Assembly (NCBI GenBank): GCA_001821395.1
Contig: MHLM01000016.1
Span: forward strand, 1 to 42,604
Length of the DNA: 42,604 nt
Origin: Candidatus Lloydbacteria bacterium RIFCSPHIGHO2_02_FULL_50_18
Lineage (GTDB): Bacteria > Patescibacteriota > Minisyncoccia > Phycocordibacterales > UBA6899
Direction of reading: 5' to 3'
Made by a program: the position numbers and the translations under genes. The notes beneath the pieces are model-generated. The model searched no databases and had not been told where the DNA came from. It saw nothing but the letters and a program-made list of their open reading frames with translations. Of this stretch, positions 37,939-42,604 are shown piece after piece (position 1 is the first letter of the stretch; each line of letters begins with the position of its first letter).

Positions 37939-39279
37939 CTACCTGATGCGCGCGACGAGCTCCCGTACCGCAACTCGCTCTTGAGCGCCCGTATCGCGAT
38001 TGCGAAGCGTCACCGTATCGAGTAGCTCAGGTTTTTCGCCGAGCGTATCAAAATCGATGGTGATGCACCATGGAGTTCCGATCTCATCCTGTCTGCGATA
38101 GCGTTTCCCGATATTGCCGTTATCATCGAAGCTGACCCGACCAATCTCTTCCTTCAGCGACGCATACACCTCACGCGCTTTTGCGACAAGTTCCGGTTTG
38201 TTCTTGAGGAGAGGAAACACCGCGGCCTGCACCGGCGCGATGCGGTGATTCAGCTTCAAGTAGACGCGCTTTTCACCGCCCATCTCGTCCTCAGTATAAG
38301 CATCATTCAATACCGCAAGCATCGTGCGCCCGACACCAAGCGAGGGCTCGATCACATGCGGAAGGAATTTTTCTTTTGTCTCTTCGTCAAAATATTCCAA
38401 ATTCTGCTTGCTCCCCCCCTGGTGGCTCTTGAGATCAAAATCGGTACGATACGCGAGACCATAGAGTTCCTTGCGGCCGAACGGATAATCATATTCGAAA
38501 TCAATAGTACGCTTCGAGTAGTGCGCACGATCCCCGTCCGCAACCTCAAGTTCATGCACATGGTCCTTGTCGATACCGAGCGCTTCAATAAAATCCCACA
38601 TGCTCTTTCGCCACAGCTCAAAATGTACTTCCCACGTATCCGGACGAACGAAATATTCAATCTCCATTTGTTCAAGCTCGCGGACGCGAAAAATAAAGTC
38701 GCGCGGAGCGATCTCATTCCGAAATGCCTTGCCGATCTGCGCCAAGCCGAATGGAAGTTTTGGATGGAACGAATCAACAACATTCTTGTAATTCACGAAC
38801 ATTCCTCCCGCCGTCTCGGGACGCAGGTAGGTCACACTTCCCGCATCTTCGGTCGCGCCAATATTTGTCTTAAACATCATATTGAACTGTCTCTCCTCGC
38901 CAAGCAACCCTCCACACTCGGGACACTTAGCCTTATCAGAGAGATGGTCTGCACGGAAACGTTTTTTGCACTTCGCACACTCTACGAGCGGGTCGGAAAA
39001 TCCTCCGACGTGCCCTGAAGCGACCCAAGCGTTCGGGTTCATCAGAATGGCAGCGTCAACCCCATACATATCCTCGCGGTCATCGACGAACATCTTCCAC
39101 CAAAGGCCTTCGATGTTCCTTTTGAGGGTCACACCAAGCGGTCCGTAATCCCAAGTACCAGCCAGTCCGCCATAGATCTCCGAGCCTTGATACACGAAGC
39201 CGCGGCGCTTGCACAGTGCGATGATCGACTCCATTTTTTCATTAGGCGGATTCTTTTCCTGTTTTTTTTCTTGGGACAT
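37939..39279 (-). CDS. glyQS: Glycyl-tRNA synthetase, dimeric alpha2 type (GlyQS). The start could alternatively be MESIIALCK at 39234.
   Basis: RRGFVYQGSEIYGGLAGTWDYGPLG N-terminus, class II motifs and a Zn-ribbon-like insert CAKCKKRFRADHL...CPECGG. Confidence 0.9.
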   Translation of the reverse strand: MSQEKKQEKNPPNEKMESIIALCKRRGFVYQGSEIYGGLAGTWDYGPLGVTLKRNIEGLWWKMFVDDREDMYGVDAAILMNPNAWVASGHVGGFSDPLVECAKCKKRFRADHLSDKAKCPECGGLLGEERQFNMMFKTNIGATEDAGSVTYLRPETAGGMFVNYKNVVDSFHPKLPFGLAQIGKAFRNEIAPRDFIFRVRELEQMEIEYFVRPDTWEVHFELWRKSMWDFIEALGIDKDHVHELEVADGDRAHYSKRTIDFEYDYPFGRKELYGLAYRTDFDLKSHQGGSKQNLEYFDEETKEKFLPHVIEPSLGVGRTMLAVLNDAYTEDEMGGEKRVYLKLNHRIAPVQAAVFPLLKNKPELVAKAREVYASLKEEIGRVSFDDNGNIGKRYRRQDEIGTPWCITIDFDTLGEKPELLDTVTLRNRDTGAQERVAVRELVARIR

Positions 39280-39434
39280 AGTTTTCTTATTAGGATTTAT
39301 GTAAATAAATGCACCACGGAGAGTATTTCCAAATTTCAATACTCGATGACTCGATGAAATTTTTGGTCAAATTCGAGTCACAACAAAGAAATTCACCATT
39401 TGCGTAAATCCTACCCATGCTACACGAGCAGTGA

Positions 39435-41369
39435 CTACTCGACAACAACGCCTGATTCCGGAGGTGCCTTCGGATCGGAAGGGAGCTCAATCGTAACGTC
39501 TTTGACCTTCTTGACTATCTCAGTGTTCGTGAAAGAGTCGGTTGCGGTCAACTGCATCCCATTGATGAGCACCGGCGTAAATGAAACCTGAGACAAACTT
39601 GGCAAGATCACAAGCTGAAAGGCGACTTCACGCGGGGGCTTAGTGATACCCGTACCGGCCGGAATGCTTCCGGGGAGCCAAATTATTTCATTTGTTGTCT
39701 GATCGAAGGTGACCTTCTCCGTCGACGGAGAGACTGCGCCATACCATTTCACATACGGAGGTATCACTCCGCGCACGCGGGCATCAACGATATTGTTCGA
39801 GGTATTCACCACGCTCCAGATGATCGTGTAGGTCGTTTCTTGCTCGACCTTCGGAGGGATTGGTCCTGAATTGACGAACGGACCGACGAAGTGCACACCC
39901 CGGGCAACAAATTGAGCCTCGGAGGACATGCGAACAGTCTGCGACATCACCGTCTTGATCTCTTCGGGGACTTTTGTGGGGTCATCGGAAAGACGCTTGC
40001 CGCGCACGGTCACCTCGGCGGTGATCACAGGATTCGTCGTCACCTGATTTCCTGCAACTGCGGGCAGCGGGGTCAGGAAAAATCGAACCGCACCGCTTTC
40101 TCCGGATTCAAGTGCAGTGAGGGTTTGATCACCGCGTTCATCCCAGAAAATAGTATTATCCAACGAGCGGTAAAATCCGCCATTCGCCGCACCGACTGAA
40201 GAACGGTCAAGCGCAGTCCCACGAAAGGAAACCTCGATCTGTGCGTTTATTATCCTGGTCGGGAGATTGTTCTTCCAGGTAATAACGCCTTCGATCCGAC
40301 TACCGTACGAAGCGAGCGCGTCGCCTGCGGGTTTTCCGTTGATCGCGAGCGTGATGCCAATGAATGGACGCTTCACGGTGACCTCCGATACGACTTTTCC
40401 GTAGAGCGTAGCGATCTCACGCTCGGTCTTATTACTCCCCACCCCGATGTTCGTATGAAAGACCCGCTGCTCCGTATCAGCACCTTCCAAGATACCATTG
40501 ATCACGATAGGGAATTTGCCCGACGGACTGAGGGTACCGATGCGCCAGATATTATTCCCGAACGTGGGCTTTGGCTCAGCTCCGATAAAGGTAAAACCCT
40601 GCGGATACTCAACGACGATGAAGACGTCACGGAGCGGGATAACCGTATTTGAAATTGCACTGATCAACAGATCAAAACGCTGCCCCGAGTTTATTTCCTT
40701 GAGCGCATTCACGACAAGATTCACCGGCGCGGCGAGAATGCGTATCGGTCGAGACTCCTCTTTTGTAAGGATGGAATTAACCCCTTCAAAACGATACTCC
40801 AGTACCGCACGAATATCTTTTGTTTCGTTTTCTTCACCCAAGAAGATGGCATTCCCACGAAATTCGATCGACTCACCCGCCTTGATCACTCCGAGCACCC
40901 TCTTTTGATCGCGCAGGTCCTTGTCGGAATTCGCACCATCGCGCGTTCCGGACGGATAAAAAAGCGTAAGGTTGGCATATTCAAGTCCGACTCGATTTTG
41001 ATTTGCGATGTGCACCACGATGTCCGCGGGAACCCCGGGATTGACGCCGACCGGCGTTTCAAATGTAATGAAAATATTTTTATCGGAGACCTGCCGCAGT
41101 GGATCAAAATATTGATAAAGCAGGAACGCACCGGATGAAACCGCCGTCAGCACCGCAATGAGCACGAGCAACTTCAAAAAGAAGTTTATCCCGGGTTTTT
41201 GTGAGCGTTCTTTGCGCTCGGTGATGATCTCCGTGTCACCCCAATCGTTCTCAACATCAACGCGCGAAGGTGAAAGCTCGGCGTACTTTTCACCTACTGC
41301 TTCCTCACCGGGTTTATACAATCCGCGCTTTGTCCGCTCAAGTCGGCTTTTTTCATATTCAGTATCCAT
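39435..41369 (-). CDS. Hypothetical membrane-anchored protein of about 645 aa. Cytoplasmic N-terminus, single TM, large extracytoplasmic domain.
   Basis: Long ORF with TM helix FFLKLLVLIAVLTAVSSGAFLLY. No recognisable catalytic motif. The start is taken at MDTEYEKS. Confidence 0.6.
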   Translation of the reverse strand: MDTEYEKSRLERTKRGLYKPGEEAVGEKYAELSPSRVDVENDWGDTEIITERKERSQKPGINFFLKLLVLIAVLTAVSSGAFLLYQYFDPLRQVSDKNIFITFETPVGVNPGVPADIVVHIANQNRVGLEYANLTLFYPSGTRDGANSDKDLRDQKRVLGVIKAGESIEFRGNAIFLGEENETKDIRAVLEYRFEGVNSILTKEESRPIRILAAPVNLVVNALKEINSGQRFDLLISAISNTVIPLRDVFIVVEYPQGFTFIGAEPKPTFGNNIWRIGTLSPSGKFPIVINGILEGADTEQRVFHTNIGVGSNKTEREIATLYGKVVSEVTVKRPFIGITLAINGKPAGDALASYGSRIEGVITWKNNLPTRIINAQIEVSFRGTALDRSSVGAANGGFYRSLDNTIFWDERGDQTLTALESGESGAVRFFLTPLPAVAGNQVTTNPVITAEVTVRGKRLSDDPTKVPEEIKTVMSQTVRMSSEAQFVARGVHFVGPFVNSGPIPPKVEQETTYTIIWSVVNTSNNIVDARVRGVIPPYVKWYGAVSPSTEKVTFDQTTNEIIWLPGSIPAGTGITKPPREVAFQLVILPSLSQVSFTPVLINGMQLTATDSFTNTEIVKKVKDVTIELPSDPKAPPESGVVVE

Positions 41370-41614
41370 ACTCCAACAATTGTACCATTTACCACAAGAG
41401 ATGTAAGACCAGGCAATCAGTTCTTGGGATTCACGAGAATCAATTAAAATACCCGCAGATACGAGGCGCGGGGAATGGGGCGAGCGACCAAAATTCAATG
41501 ACCGTAGGGAATATGAATTTGGAAGTCCCAGTATGGGGGAAGACGTATGAGCGATACGTAGACCGAGCCACAGAGGCCCCGCAACAAAGTAGATGGGGGT
41601 ATTTTAATTGATTC

Positions 41615-42202
41615 TCAGAGTTGCGTTGAGTCGAGCGCTCTATTCACCCCGGCGACTATTTCAGTACGCATCGGGCGGATCTTCGCAAGGTCCTCATGAC
41701 TAAATGTCACGCTCGAAAACACTGGAAGCAGGTCTTTTTGTTCACCCCAATAGCCAAGCGCATCAAGCAAGCGAACCACAAGGAGTAATTCCGCATCTTT
41801 TTGCGACTCGCGATCAGCAAGCGTTGAAAGCAGGGTGAGTCCTTTGAGCATATCGTCGAACAACAATTCATGGCGCTCTTCTCCCTGAATAAGCCTTCTC
41901 GCAAGATGGAGATGCTCCGCCGCGATACGCCGTCTCCCCGCATGAGACCAGAGTTCACTGAATGATGCTATCGGCGTCGCGGAAATAAGTTTCCATCCGT
42001 ATTTTCCCCGGATCAGATCGACCCGTGCGTGAGAAAAAAGCTGAAGTGCATACCGCAGCCGCGAGCGGTTTTCTCGGATGCTGCGTGCATGCGCAACAAC
42101 GAGCCCCAGCTCGCGTGTGTAGCAATAAAGAAGGCGATCCCCTTCACCCGATGGCAGCGTGCCCAAAATGATTGCTTCGGTGTGGTAAATGTGGTGGCTC
42201 AC
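41615..42202 (-). CDS. recO: DNA repair protein RecO (short form).
   Basis: The N-terminal OB-fold pattern TEAIILGTLPSGEGDRLLYCYTRELGLVVAHARSIRENRSRL matches RecO_N. Confidence 0.65.
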   Translation of the reverse strand: MSHHIYHTEAIILGTLPSGEGDRLLYCYTRELGLVVAHARSIRENRSRLRYALQLFSHARVDLIRGKYGWKLISATPIASFSELWSHAGRRRIAAEHLHLARRLIQGEERHELLFDDMLKGLTLLSTLADRESQKDAELLLVVRLLDALGYWGEQKDLLPVFSSVTFSHEDLAKIRPMRTEIVAGVNRALDSTQL

Positions 42203-42604
42203 AAAAAGATTATACCATCCTTCATACCTTCTTATGTTTCCGCAATACGCACCTTACCATTCAAGTATTTTAGTGTTTTTAGTGCCCCGCAGGTTGTTCT
42301 TGTCCCAACTTTCCGAGAGACACGGATAATTTTCTGCTGAAAATTTCCTGTGCTCGCCCCGTCGGGCTTACGCAAGTCTCTCAAAAAGTGGGACATGGGG
42401 TTTTGTCGGAACAATTATATTTTGTGGTAATCAACAAATTACAGCTCCAATTTTCTCATATTTTATTTACCTCAAACCTCATGACAAACAAAAACTCCGC
42501 GCAGTACACAGGGTACATACGCGGAGAGTCAAAGCATCAAAGGGACAAAGTGCGAGCCCCAAGTATGCAGAGTAGAAGAGCCTAGTTACGAACGGCAAGG
42601 AAGC

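Noticed and set aside
42232-42604. 60-aa ORF 42232..42414 and ORF 42388..42585 at the window end, plus hairpin ctccgcg...cgcggag
   Set aside because: No start or Shine-Dalgarno signals and poor composition. The region is more likely the promoter or leader of recO or a truncated neighbour.

Overview
This 42.6-kb window reads as a bacterial chromosomal segment of about 50% GC, with short intergenic spacers and mostly minus-strand genes. Its gene set resembles a small-genome, Patescibacteria/CPR-like lineage. That lineage call is my inference; nothing in the sequence proves it. The window opens with the 5' ~1.56 kb of a 23S rRNA gene on the minus strand. There is no 16S rRNA or tRNA upstream of it, and it carries an enlarged helix-25 region. 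Housekeeping genes recognised from their translations: rplJ-rplL, ftsK, recA, efp, rpsF-ssb-rpsR, tatD, metG, dimeric-type glyQS and recO. Other recognised products: an ECF sigma factor, a GalE-like epimerase, an SPFH/stomatin protein, an AI-2E transporter, an M16 peptidase and an HD-domain (p)ppGpp-hydrolase-like protein. Accessory-looking content: a 1122-aa surface protein with a peptidoglycan-binding domain and a poly-Thr linker, and two tandem paralogous secreted proteins of unknown family. There are several hypothetical operons with strong Shine-Dalgarno sites. The most distinctive signal is a dense network of miniature repeats. Two paralogous HUH Y1 transposases (IS200-like/RAYT) each sit between copies of their own palindrome. 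A family of at least 8 REP-like hairpins has a conserved loop and covarying stems, and two copies are in frame inside a gene. Three families of MITE-like elements (A, B, C) occur nested inside one another and inside REP hairpins. I found no CRISPR array, tRNA or recognisable defence operon.
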